Origin: an uncultured Verrucomicrobiota bacterium
Lineage (GTDB): Bacteria > Verrucomicrobiota > Verrucomicrobiia > Limisphaerales > UBA9464
Reading direction: 5' to 3'
Assembly: GCA_903842505.1 (NCBI GenBank)
Contig: CAIMMI010000011.1
Span: forward strand, 668-64,667
DNA: 64,000 nt
The notes under the pieces were generated by a model that was given only the letters and a program-made list of their open reading frames with translations, did not search any database and was not told the origin of the DNA. Below are positions 28,671 to 37,963 of this stretch, one piece after another; the stretch's first letter is position 1, and each line of letters begins with the position of its first letter. Both the position numbers and the translations under genes were made by a program.

Positions 28671-29879
28671 TCAGGCCGCCCGGGTTGCCTTCACCACCTT
28701 CTGCGCGGCGTCCGACATTGAATCGCCCGAGATGATCGTCAGGCCTGATTCCGCCAGCGTCTTCTTGCCGGCAGCCACATTGTTGCCTTCCAGGCGTACA
28801 ACCAACGGCAGCTTGAGGCCCGTCTCACGGACCGCCTCGACGATGCCCGTCGCGATCACGTTGCAGTCCATGATCCCGCCGAAGATGTTCACAAGGATGC
28901 CCTTCACGGCGACATCGCTCAGGATGATCCGGAAGGCCGCTGCGACCTGATCCTTCGAGGCGCCACCTCCGACGTCGAGGAAGTTGGCCGGTTCCCCGCC
29001 AAAATGCTTGATGATGTCCATCGTCGACATCGCCAGTCCCGCCCCGTTCACGAGGCAGGCAATGTTGCCGTCCAGCTTGATGTAGTTCAGCGCGTACTTG
29101 CTGGCCTCCACCTCCAGCGGAGATTCCTCAGCGAGATCCCGCATCGCCTGGATGTCCGTATGCCGATACAACGCGTTGTCATCCAAGCCAATCTTCGCAT
29201 CAACCGCCACGATCGCTTCCTTGCCACCGGGCCCTTCGACGATGCAGAGCGGATTGATCTCAACCAAAGCCGCATCGGTCTCCCATGCGGTCTTGTAGAC
29301 GGCGGCGATCAGCTTGCACGCCTGATTGAAAAGGTCGCCCTTCAACCCCAACGCCGCTGCAATCTTCCGGGTCTGGTAGGGCATCAAACCCACGGCCGGA
29401 TCCACGTTTTCGCGGATGATCTTCTCAGGGGTATGCGCTGCCACCTCCTCGATGTCCACGCCACCCTCGGTGCTGGCCATGATCAAGGGCCGGGATGCAG
29501 CCCGATCCAGCAGCACTGCCAGGTAAAACTCCTTTTTGATCATCTCCGCTGCCGCAATCAGGATCGTCTGGACGACCCGCCCCTCGGGCCCCGTCTGCTT
29601 CGTGACCAGCGTCTTGCCCAGCATGTTGCCGGCGAAGTTCACCGCCTCATCCACCGACTTGGCCAGCTTCACGCCGCCCTGGAACCCGTGGGTGAACGTG
29701 CCCTTGCCCCGGCCACCGGCATGGATCTGGGACTTGATCACGATCAATGTGTGACCCGCGGCGAAAAGCCTCTCCGCCACCGCGCGGGCTTCGTCGACCG
29801 TCTTGCAGGGATCTCCCGCCGGCACGGCAACCCCGTGACGCGCGAGCAATTGCTTGGCTTGGTATTCGTGAATGTTCAT
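28671..29879 (-). CDS. sucC: Succinyl-CoA ligase beta subunit
   Basis: [50 protein letters not shown]. Confidence 0.98.
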   Translation of the reverse strand: MNIHEYQAKQLLARHGVAVPAGDPCKTVDEARAVAERLFAAGHTLIVIKSQIHAGGRGKGTFTHGFQGGVKLAKSVDEAVNFAGNMLGKTLVTKQTGPEGRVVQTILIAAAEMIKKEFYLAVLLDRAASRPLIMASTEGGVDIEEVAAHTPEKIIRENVDPAVGLMPYQTRKIAAALGLKGDLFNQACKLIAAVYKTAWETDAALVEINPLCIVEGPGGKEAIVAVDAKIGLDDNALYRHTDIQAMRDLAEESPLEVEASKYALNYIKLDGNIACLVNGAGLAMSTMDIIKHFGGEPANFLDVGGGASKDQVAAAFRIILSDVAVKGILVNIFGGIMDCNVIATGIVEAVRETGLKLPLVVRLEGNNVAAGKKTLAESGLTIISGDSMSDAAQKVVKATRAA

Positions 29880-30020
29880 CGGCTAACTTAATCGTTTGAC
29901 CCGGTAACTCACCGCCGGGCACGGCCGGAAGTCAGTGACTCCCGACAGGCTGGAAAAACTTCGAACCCCGGGGCCGCCCAGTTCAGGCAGCTCACCCGGT
30001 CCCGTACAGGTCTCGTGGGA

Positions 30021-31160
30021 TCAACGCTCGGCCAGCGGAACCACCTTGAGACCCACCGGCCCGGTGTAGACCGACTGCGGCCGGATAAGCTTGTTGTCCG
30101 CCAACTGCTCCAACACATGCGCCGTCCACCCACTCGTCCGCGCAATCGCAAACAGCGGCGTGAAAAGGTCCGTCGGAATCCCGAGGGAGTAGTAGACCGT
30201 CGCACTGTAGAAATCGACGTTCGCGTGGAGCTTCTTCTCGTCCAGCATGATCGACGCGATCCGCTCGGACATCAGGATCCACTTCGGCTCGCCCAACTTC
30301 GCCGACAGGACCTGCGCCATGCGCTTCAGGTGCGGGGCCCGGGGATCCAACACCTTGTAGACGCGGTGGCCGATACCCATGATCTTCTGCTTCTGTCGCA
30401 GGCACTCGGCCACGTAGGCATCCACGCCTTCCAGCGAACCGATCTGCTTCAGCATCTTGATCACGCCCTCGTTGGCGCCGCCGTGAAGCGGTCCCTTCAG
30501 GGTCCCGATGGCCGACGTGATGGCCGAGTACATGTCGCTTTGGGTAGCGATCGTCACCCGGGCACTGAACGTCGATGCATTCATCCCGTGGTCAGCATGC
30601 AGGACATAGCACATGTCCATCGTGCTGACCTTCTCCGCCGACGGCTTCTCACCGTCGATCATGTAGAGGAAATTCGCGGCCTCGCCGAGTGTTGGATCCG
30701 GAGCCACCAGCGGCAAACCCTGCCGCGACCGATGGAAATAAGCCGTGATGACGGGGATCTGCGCGATCAACCGGAACGCCTTCCGGCGCTGCGCATCCAT
30801 CGTCTCATTGTCAGCCGTGGTATCGTAGCATCCCAGCGCTGAAACCCCGGTCCGGATCGCGTGCATCGGCGCCGCGTCTTTCGGCAACCGCGTGATCATG
30901 TCGGTCACGCCCTGCGGGAGGTCACGGAAGCCGGCGAGCATCGCCTTCAAGTCCGCCAGTTCCGAAGCGTTCGGAAGGCGGTTGTGGAACAGGAGATGCA
31001 CCACCTCCTCAAAGGTCACCTTCCCCGCGAGTTCATCGATGTCGTACCCGCAGTAGATCAGTTGGCCGACATCGCCCCGCACATCGCTCAGGCGCGTATG
31101 CGCTGCAATGATTCCGTCGAGACCCTTCGCAAAGACAGCGGCATTTTCAGCAGTACTCAT
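30021..31160 (-). CDS. gltA: Citrate synthase (citrate/2-methylcitrate synthase family)
   Basis: HADHGMNASTF, GPLHGGANE, MGIGHRVYK..DPRA, NVDFYSA, LIRP. Confidence 0.9.
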   Translation of the reverse strand: MSTAENAAVFAKGLDGIIAAHTRLSDVRGDVGQLIYCGYDIDELAGKVTFEEVVHLLFHNRLPNASELADLKAMLAGFRDLPQGVTDMITRLPKDAAPMHAIRTGVSALGCYDTTADNETMDAQRRKAFRLIAQIPVITAYFHRSRQGLPLVAPDPTLGEAANFLYMIDGEKPSAEKVSTMDMCYVLHADHGMNASTFSARVTIATQSDMYSAITSAIGTLKGPLHGGANEGVIKMLKQIGSLEGVDAYVAECLRQKQKIMGIGHRVYKVLDPRAPHLKRMAQVLSAKLGEPKWILMSERIASIMLDEKKLHANVDFYSATVYYSLGIPTDLFTPLFAIARTSGWTAHVLEQLADNKLIRPQSVYTGPVGLKVVPLAER

Positions 31161-31432
31161 GTCGTGGTGGGATGCTTCAAACCGAATTCCGCAAACCGAC
31201 AAACTCTGTTGACCGCCCTGCCGGGGCGTCAACGGATTTCCCGGATTTCACGGATAAATGAGCCGATTGTTCAGGCCCAGAAGATCCTTGGCTGGGAATT
31301 CCTACGAAACCCCACTCCAGAGCACTTGGAGGTGAGGTTTCCTGACCCCGCCTCCGCCCACAACAATCGCGCCCTCACCATGCACACGGACCGTTGCTTT
31401 GCAAACCCACCATCTCCCACGATGTTCACGAC

Positions 31433-32158
31433 ATGACACTCTCGGTGGTCATCCCGGCCTTCAACGAGGAACGACTCCTCCCTGCAACCCTCACTGCCCT
31501 GCATCAGTCGCTCGAATCCTTTCATCAGCGCGCCTGGTCCTCCGAGATCATCGTCTGCGACAACAACTCTTCGGATCGCACCCCTGAAATTGCCCGGGCT
31601 CACGGCGCCCGCGTCGTCTTTGAACCGATCAACATGATCGGCCGTGCACGCAATGCCGGAGCCGCAGCTGCGAACGGGCAATGGATCCTGTTCCTCGACG
31701 CCGACTCCATCCCGTCCCCAGCCCTCCTGACCTTGGTCCTCCAGGCGATTGAGTCCAGTAGGGTCTTTGCCGGTGGAAGCACGATCCGTCTCGACGAAGG
31801 GCCACCCTCCGCCCACTTCGCTACCGGCGTCTGGAACCTCATCAGTCGACTCGGCCGACTCCCGGCGGGATCGTTCATCTTTGTCGAAGCCGATGCATTC
31901 CGCGAGGTGGGCGGTTTCAGCCTGAAGCAGTACGCCGGCGAAGAAATCGACCTCGCGCGACGACTGAAGAAGTCGGAACGGGCACGCGGACGGTCCCTTG
32001 CCATCCTGTCGGGAGCGCCGCTGGTCACCTCGGCGCGGAAGGTCCGGCTCTACAAACCCTGGGAGATCGCGTCCTTCATGATTCGGGCTGTGTTCCGCCC
32101 CAAGTCCACGATGTCCAACCGCGAGGCCTGCTCCATCTGGTACGACGGCAGGCGTTGA
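31433..32158 (+). CDS. Glycosyltransferase family 2
   Basis: SVVIPAFNEE, DNNSSD.T, ARNAGA, FLDAD, GGF, TSARK. Confidence 0.9.
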   Translation: MTLSVVIPAFNEERLLPATLTALHQSLESFHQRAWSSEIIVCDNNSSDRTPEIARAHGARVVFEPINMIGRARNAGAAAANGQWILFLDADSIPSPALLTLVLQAIESSRVFAGGSTIRLDEGPPSAHFATGVWNLISRLGRLPAGSFIFVEADAFREVGGFSLKQYAGEEIDLARRLKKSERARGRSLAILSGAPLVTSARKVRLYKPWEIASFMIRAVFRPKSTMSNREACSIWYDGRR

Positions 32159-32183
32159 GCGGATACCCAAGGACCTGCCCCCG

Positions 32184-33371
32184 CTACCCAGCCGCTTCGT
32201 TGACCCGCGGAAGCGTGAAGTAGAAGCAAGTCCCTCGACCCAACTCGCTCTCCACCCGGACTTCTCCCCCGTGCGCCTGCACGATGTGCTTCACGATGCT
32301 CAAGCCCAACCCCGTCCCGCCCTGCTCCCGCGAACGTCCCTTGTCCACCCGGTAGAACCGCTCGAAGATCCGGTCCCGGGCCTCCGCAGGAATCCCAACC
32401 CCGTCGTCCGCCACCCACGCCTCCACGATGTCCTCGTGCAGCGCGCGCGCTCCGACCACCACACGCCCTCCTGGGCGCCCGTACTTGATCGCGTTGTCGA
32501 CCAGGTTCGAGATCACCTGCTGCAAACGGTCGCCGTCGCCGTGGATCCGCATCTGCTGCGGCACCTCATTCCGCAGTTCCGTCCCTCGTTCCGCCGCCTT
32601 GGCCCGCAGGTCCTCGACCACCTGCACCACCACCTCGTAAAGCCCGGTCGGTTGCAGGTTCATGATCACCTGTCCCGACTCCAACCGAGAGATGGTCAGC
32701 AGGTCCTCGATCAGGAAGGTCAACCGGTCGGCATGCTTGTCGATGATCTGCAGGAACCGCATCGCCGTCGCCGGATCATCCTTCGCCCCGCCCAGCAGCG
32801 TCTCGGTGTAACCCTTGATCAACGACAAGGGTGTCCGCAGTTCGTGGCTGACATTGGCAACAAACTCCCGCCGTTGCTCAGCCAACCGCTTGTGCTGGGT
32901 CAGGTCGTGAAACACGAACAGGGTCCCGGCCAGCAATCGATCCGGATCCCGCAACGCCACCGCGTTGACCTGCAGTGTCCGGACCGGTTCCCCATCCAAC
33001 GTCAACTCCTGCTCGGTCAAACGCCCCTGCTGCACCGTGCGACGCGCCAAATCGTCCAACCCCGACACGGGCAGGGCTTCCGCGACCGCCTTTCCCCGGC
33101 TCTCGCCTGGCAGACCAAATAGCCGCACCAATGCCGGGTTCATGTGCTGGACACGCCCCTGCGGATCCAGCAGCAGCACCCCTTCGACCATGCTGTCCAG
33201 CAGCGCCTGCTGCTTCGACTGCTCTTCCACCAGTTCCAGATGACGCTGGGTCTTCAGCTCCGCCAGTCGCAGGGACACTTCCCGCAACCGTTCCCGCGCC
33301 ATCTGCTCACGCCGCAACAGCCAGCCAATCACGGCCACCGCAGACGCCCCCGCTGCAAATCCAAGCCACAT
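32184..33371 (-). CDS. phoR: PAS-domain sensor histidine kinase, PhoR-like
   Basis: EFVANVSHELRTPL, NLVDNAIKY, RIFERFYRVDKGRSR..GGTGLGLSIVKH. Confidence 0.88.
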   Translation of the reverse strand: MWLGFAAGASAVAVIGWLLRREQMARERLREVSLRLAELKTQRHLELVEEQSKQQALLDSMVEGVLLLDPQGRVQHMNPALVRLFGLPGESRGKAVAEALPVSGLDDLARRTVQQGRLTEQELTLDGEPVRTLQVNAVALRDPDRLLAGTLFVFHDLTQHKRLAEQRREFVANVSHELRTPLSLIKGYTETLLGGAKDDPATAMRFLQIIDKHADRLTFLIEDLLTISRLESGQVIMNLQPTGLYEVVVQVVEDLRAKAAERGTELRNEVPQQMRIHGDGDRLQQVISNLVDNAIKYGRPGGRVVVGARALHEDIVEAWVADDGVGIPAEARDRIFERFYRVDKGRSREQGGTGLGLSIVKHIVQAHGGEVRVESELGRGTCFYFTLPRVNEAAG

Positions 33372-33383
33372 GTTCGCCCGGGT

Positions 33384-34064
33384 TCAGCCTTCGACGAAGC
33401 GATAGCCAACCCCGCGCACCGTATCCAGAAAGCGCGCCGCCGCACCCAGCTTCTCCCGCAACCGGCGCATGTGCGTGTCCACCGTCCGCGTGTCGATCAC
33501 GTTGTCGTACTCCCACACGTCCTGCAGCAATTGGTCCCGGCTCTGCACCCGCCCGCGCCGCTGCGCCAAGGTCGTGAGCAGCTTGAATTCCGTCGCCGTC
33601 AGGTCGATCCGCTTCCGGTCCACCAACACCATGTGCCGGGGGATGTCGATCGTCAGTTCGTCGAAGGTCAGTTCCTCCGGCTGATCGGTCGGCTCCGTCT
33701 TCCGCTTCAGCAGGTTCTTGACCCGCAAAACCAACTCCCGCGGGCTGAAGGGCTTCGTCACGTAGTCGTCCGCTCCCAACTCCAGCCCCAGCACCCGGTC
33801 GATCTCCGCCGCCTTGGCCGTCAGCATGATGACCGGAATCGAGGCCGTCGCCACATCCCGCCTCAACGCCTTGCACACCTCCAACCCATCCACCTCCGGC
33901 AACATCAAATCCAGCAGGATCAGGTCCGGCAGGGTTTCCCTCGCCTTCTTCAACGCTTCCGCGCCGTCATCTGCCGTCGAAACCTCGAATCCGGCCTGCT
34001 TCAGATTGAAGCCAACCAACTCCAGGGCGTCCGGCTCGTCATCCACCACCAGAATCTTTGCCAT
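33384..34064 (-). CDS. phoB: OmpR/PhoB-family response regulator
   Basis: ILVVDDE, LLDLMLP, GADDYVTKPFS, RTVDTHMRRLREKL, TVRGVGYR. Confidence 0.85.
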   Translation of the reverse strand: MAKILVVDDEPDALELVGFNLKQAGFEVSTADDGAEALKKARETLPDLILLDLMLPEVDGLEVCKALRRDVATASIPVIMLTAKAAEIDRVLGLELGADDYVTKPFSPRELVLRVKNLLKRKTEPTDQPEELTFDELTIDIPRHMVLVDRKRIDLTATEFKLLTTLAQRRGRVQSRDQLLQDVWEYDNVIDTRTVDTHMRRLREKLGAAARFLDTVRGVGYRFVEG

Positions 34065-34102
34065 GCTGGGCCCAGTCCTAGGCATGGGCGGACCGTGAAT
34101 CA

Positions 34103-34130
34103 ATGGCAGAACCGTTACAAGGCAGTGACG
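34103..34130 (-). promoter_or_regulatory. Putative Pho box (three 11-bp-period direct repeats)
   Basis: Minus strand cGTCACtgcct-tGTAACggttc-tGCCAT, about 40-65 bp upstream of phoB. Confidence 0.6.
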
Positions 34131-34182
34131 AACCCACCGCCCGGCGCATCCTGACACGGCCCCTGCGTCCCGTGATGGACGG

Positions 34183-34233
34183 CGACGTCCTCGTTTTCCT
34201 CCCAGCCTGCTTCCCAAGGCGACGAGGACGTCG
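34183..34233. repeat. Intergenic inverted repeat (REP-like pair)
   Basis: CGACGTCCTCGT (34183) / ACGAGGACGTCG (34222). Confidence 0.6.
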
Positions 34234-34344
34234 TCACCCCGTTCCTATCCTCAAGCGGGGGGCAGTCTCGAGATGAGCCCACCACCGCTCCTTCTTCAGC
34301 TCCCGCCTTGCCTCAACCTCCCCAACCCGGAATCCTGCCCACGG

Positions 34345-34695
34345 ATGCAGCCGTTCCAGATCATCTTCAATCCGACCAGTGCCGCCGAACTCGGCAAGCT
34401 CCCCAGGGACCTCCAATTGCACATCCTCGGCCAGTTCCGCGGCCTCCCGCAGGAACTCCAACGCGAGGACTCCCACTTCGGCTCCCTGACCCGCGACGGA
34501 CGCACCCTCACCCGCTACCGCCTCGGCGACTATCGCCTCTACTTCGAACGACATGTGCTCGGCATCGTCGTCCATCGCATCCTGAGCCGGAACACGCTCC
34601 GCGATTTCCTCTTCCGGTCGAACCTGCCCACGGGCGAGGACGAACAGCTTCAGGACAACCCGAAGTTTTGGGAAATGATCGAGCGGGCGCGTTGA
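34345..34695 (+). CDS. RelE/ParE-fold protein with no adjacent antitoxin
   Basis: FQIIFN..SAAEL.KLP..Q, RYRLGDYRLYF. Confidence 0.72.
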   Translation: MQPFQIIFNPTSAAELGKLPRDLQLHILGQFRGLPQELQREDSHFGSLTRDGRTLTRYRLGDYRLYFERHVLGIVVHRILSRNTLRDFLFRSNLPTGEDEQLQDNPKFWEMIERAR

Positions 34696-34738
34696 CTCCT
34701 GGCGAAGCCGGGCTGTTCCTCCACGGCCATCCGCCGGT

Positions 34739-36406
34739 TCATCTCCCGCCCTTGCAATGGGCACACGCGGCCCCGTGCATGAACCGACTCTTGAAGTAAG
34801 CTTCCCTCCCGCTCTCCTTGGGCGCGCCTCGGTCCGCCGCTTCCTGCATCTCCTTCAGCAATTCCGGGAACCGGCGAGGGGCCCATCCGTGCTTCTCTCC
34901 CGGTCCATACTCGATCCGCGCCTCCGCGCCCGGGGACGCCTGCTTCAGGAATCCATCCATCCGATGCACGGCATGGTTCAGGAAGTACTCGTCCGCCTCC
35001 CCCACCCATACCCGCAACTTCCCCTTCAACTTCGGCCCCAGCGTCGCCCAGTTCGTCTCCATCACGTTCCTCAGGTCCCAGCGCTTCCAGGCCTCGATCG
35101 CTTCCCGATTCAGCGCTCCCGTCCGCGGATCCCAGGCCGCCACGGGCAACCGACTGGCGTCGCGTCCACCGAACGCCGCATTCCAGGCCCCCCACTGACC
35201 TCCGCTGCGCGTGTAACGGTTCCCCAGACCCAGCACGTTCTCGTACTGGACCTCGTGCCGCATCGTGAACTGCACGTCGCCCCGCACCGTCCGGGCACTT
35301 GGCCGTTCAAACCCGTCCACATTCACGAAGGCGTTGGTGTCCCGGTAGAGGTTCACCAGTTGAAAATCCCGGAAATCCAAAGGATCGGGATAGCCGCTCC
35401 AACACCCGCCAAACAGGTCCGGATACAAAACCTGCAAGGCGAACGAGACCCATCCACCCGTCGACCCACCCGTCGTGAACCGTGCCCACGGCTGACCGAT
35501 CGCCCGGAACTCATGCTCCAACGCCGGCAGGATCTCCTCCACCAACGCCGTGCCGTAAGGTCCGTGGTTCTCTGAATCGACCTGGTAAGGATCCCCCAAC
35601 GGCCCGGCCCCATCCATCGTGACCCAGATGACCTGCGGTGCCTCCGGAGCCGTCCATGCGCTGCGCAATGCCCCCCCGGCTCCAAGCCAGCCCTCCGCCC
35701 GATCGTATCGGCTCGCGTACCCGCCGATGTCCACGACCAGCGGATACCGCCGAGCCGGCTCGGTCTCCCAGGAACGCGGGAGCACAACCCCAACCCGCAC
35801 GAACATCTCCCGGCCCCAGAAACGGCTGAGCACTTCGGACCGGATCTTCCGGTACCGGACAAACTCCCGCTCCGCAGGCAAAGCGTCCACCGGTTCGGAC
35901 GCCGTCAATTCAACGCTCACCACCTGCTTCTGCCGCGGATCCACCGACACCGTCGACGCCGCCGAATACCAGTTCCCCGGCGCCCCTGGAAACCACAGGT
36001 CGCGGTTCGTCATCAGGACGGCCTGCACCGCGTATCGCCCCGCAGGCAATTCCCCGAGCGCCCGCCAGGGAAACACCGCCGAGCCGTCACCCAGTCGAAC
36101 CTTGGCCGCCTTGCTCCCAGCCGGAACATCCACGCCGATCAACGTCGGCGCCTGCCCCCCCAACTTGCCAATCCGATCGCGCGGTTCACCTCGCCCCGGC
36201 GGGGCCAGGACCACCAGCAGTCGCGCGTCCTGAGGCAACCCGCGCAATGCCGCTGGCAACCCAACCTCGAACGCCACCCGGGCCGCCTCCGCTACCGGGG
36301 GAACATTCTCCGAAGCCGGGTTGCCCCCGGCCCAGGCCACGATGGCCGCCCGCAAAAACAGCAACCCGGAAAGGCCACCAAACGCCAGTCTGCGCCACGA
36401 AAGCAT
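34739..36406 (-). CDS. Secreted alpha/beta hydrolase (enterochelin esterase-like)
   Basis: Signal peptide, VVLP.S......RYP, DSENHGPYG, GGSTGG nucleophile elbow, VGEADEY, H.W. Confidence 0.82.
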   Translation of the reverse strand: MLSWRRLAFGGLSGLLFLRAAIVAWAGGNPASENVPPVAEAARVAFEVGLPAALRGLPQDARLLVVLAPPGRGEPRDRIGKLGGQAPTLIGVDVPAGSKAAKVRLGDGSAVFPWRALGELPAGRYAVQAVLMTNRDLWFPGAPGNWYSAASTVSVDPRQKQVVSVELTASEPVDALPAEREFVRYRKIRSEVLSRFWGREMFVRVGVVLPRSWETEPARRYPLVVDIGGYASRYDRAEGWLGAGGALRSAWTAPEAPQVIWVTMDGAGPLGDPYQVDSENHGPYGTALVEEILPALEHEFRAIGQPWARFTTGGSTGGWVSFALQVLYPDLFGGCWSGYPDPLDFRDFQLVNLYRDTNAFVNVDGFERPSARTVRGDVQFTMRHEVQYENVLGLGNRYTRSGGQWGAWNAAFGGRDASRLPVAAWDPRTGALNREAIEAWKRWDLRNVMETNWATLGPKLKGKLRVWVGEADEYFLNHAVHRMDGFLKQASPGAEARIEYGPGEKHGWAPRRFPELLKEMQEAADRGAPKESGREAYFKSRFMHGAACAHCKGGR

Positions 36407-36508
36407 GCCTCAGTCTGGCCCCGAAGCCGCTCGCGACAACCCGATTCTGATCCCGTGTCGGCGGGAGTTCAAAACGAGACTGATCGACGCGAACCATGCG
36501 TTCCTCCC

Positions 36509-37717
36509 TCACCACCTGCGCAAGGCCACCCACGCTCCCAGCGCCCCCAACAGAGACGCCGTCAGGACACCGATCGTCGACTGCGTCGCGGCAGCAGCAG
36601 GACGCGGAAAATCCGGAGTGACCCCACAAGACTGCAACCGGTCGTACAGGTTCGGATGCGAGAGATTCTCCGTCAGCACGGCCGGAATCAGGTTGAGCTC
36701 GTGCATCCGGAGCAACGCCCGCCCATACGCCACCGGATCCGCCGCCGCGCCACTGGAGTCCGCCTTCACCTCGTGCCGCACCACCCATCGTGAAATGATC
36801 CGCGGCATGCACGCCGCCCAAAGCATCAGCGGTCCCAACACGATGTTCCCAAACTCCGACACGAGCGGACGCACCAGCAGGATTGGCAGGAAAGCGTTCG
36901 CCGAGACCACCCGCGCCGCAGTCATCCAACGCGACTCGCGAAGGTGATCGAGTTCGTGGGCGAGCACCGCCTCCAACTCGGCCGACTCGAACTGCTCAAC
37001 CAAGCTACGCGTCAGCAGGATCTCCTTGCTGAACGGGAGCGCATAGGCTGCCGCCATTTCGGTATCCGCCACCACCACACGCCGCAGACCGGTGCCCGTA
37101 TCCCGCGCCAACCGCTCCGCCACTTCCCTTACCTTCTCAGGCGCCGGCAGCAACCCGCCCGCGCTGAGAAGCCCTCCGACGCCCCAGAGATTCGCCATGA
37201 CCACACGGGCCAGGACGATCAGGAACAATCCCCAAGCCTCCCACCCAAACACGTCCGGCATGAGCACGAGGATGCCTCCGTAGAAAACCGAGGGCTGCCC
37301 CAGCAGGATTTTCGGCCAATGCCTCAGCAGAATCCGCTGCCGCAACCCGATGGCCAACCCCAACGGGATGGATCCCAACAGCGCTCCAAGTGCCGCCACC
37401 ACCCCGATGCCAATCAGCACCACCGCCCCCGCTCCAAGCGTCAGATGTGCCGCCAACATCAGCACTCCGGGCAAGCTCGCCACGACCACCGCCGTTCCAG
37501 ATCGGTGCGGATGCAATCGTCGGGCCGTCTCCGACCAGTGCTCTTGCGAACGACGACGCAGCGCCAGGATCCCCGGAAGTCCCGTCAGCCAGGTCCAAAG
37601 GAAAGCCAATAGCCCCACTCCCGGAATGAGGTACGCAATCGTGACGGCATCCAGCACGACGCCACCGAACCCCCCTCTGACAACGGGCATCAAGCATCCC
37701 GCCATGGCCACCGTCAT
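36509..37717 (-). CDS. M48 family membrane zinc metalloprotease
   Basis: Multi-TM, EAVLAHELDH (HExxH), HEVKAD, SHP.LYDR; start uncertain (frame open to 37891). Confidence 0.8.
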   Translation of the reverse strand: MTVAMAGCLMPVVRGGFGGVVLDAVTIAYLIPGVGLLAFLWTWLTGLPGILALRRRSQEHWSETARRLHPHRSGTAVVVASLPGVLMLAAHLTLGAGAVVLIGIGVVAALGALLGSIPLGLAIGLRQRILLRHWPKILLGQPSVFYGGILVLMPDVFGWEAWGLFLIVLARVVMANLWGVGGLLSAGGLLPAPEKVREVAERLARDTGTGLRRVVVADTEMAAAYALPFSKEILLTRSLVEQFESAELEAVLAHELDHLRESRWMTAARVVSANAFLPILLVRPLVSEFGNIVLGPLMLWAACMPRIISRWVVRHEVKADSSGAAADPVAYGRALLRMHELNLIPAVLTENLSHPNLYDRLQSCGVTPDFPRPAAAATQSTIGVLTASLLGALGAWVALRRW

Positions 37718-37963
37718 CACCGCGGCATGCCACACGCGGAACGGTTCGCCGCCACCCTTTTTCCCAATCGATCCCCGCAGTTCGCTGCCTTCCATCCTCG
37801 GCCAGCCTAGCCTCGCGCAAACTCGCGACACAAACCCGGACCTCGGCTTCGGACTGGTGCACGAACCCTCACCACCCGGCTCACGGTCCAACCCGGCGAT
37901 GTCAGCCGTGCCATCAACGAAATGCGCGCTGCCGAAGTCGAGGTGCTGCCGTGATCCATCCCG

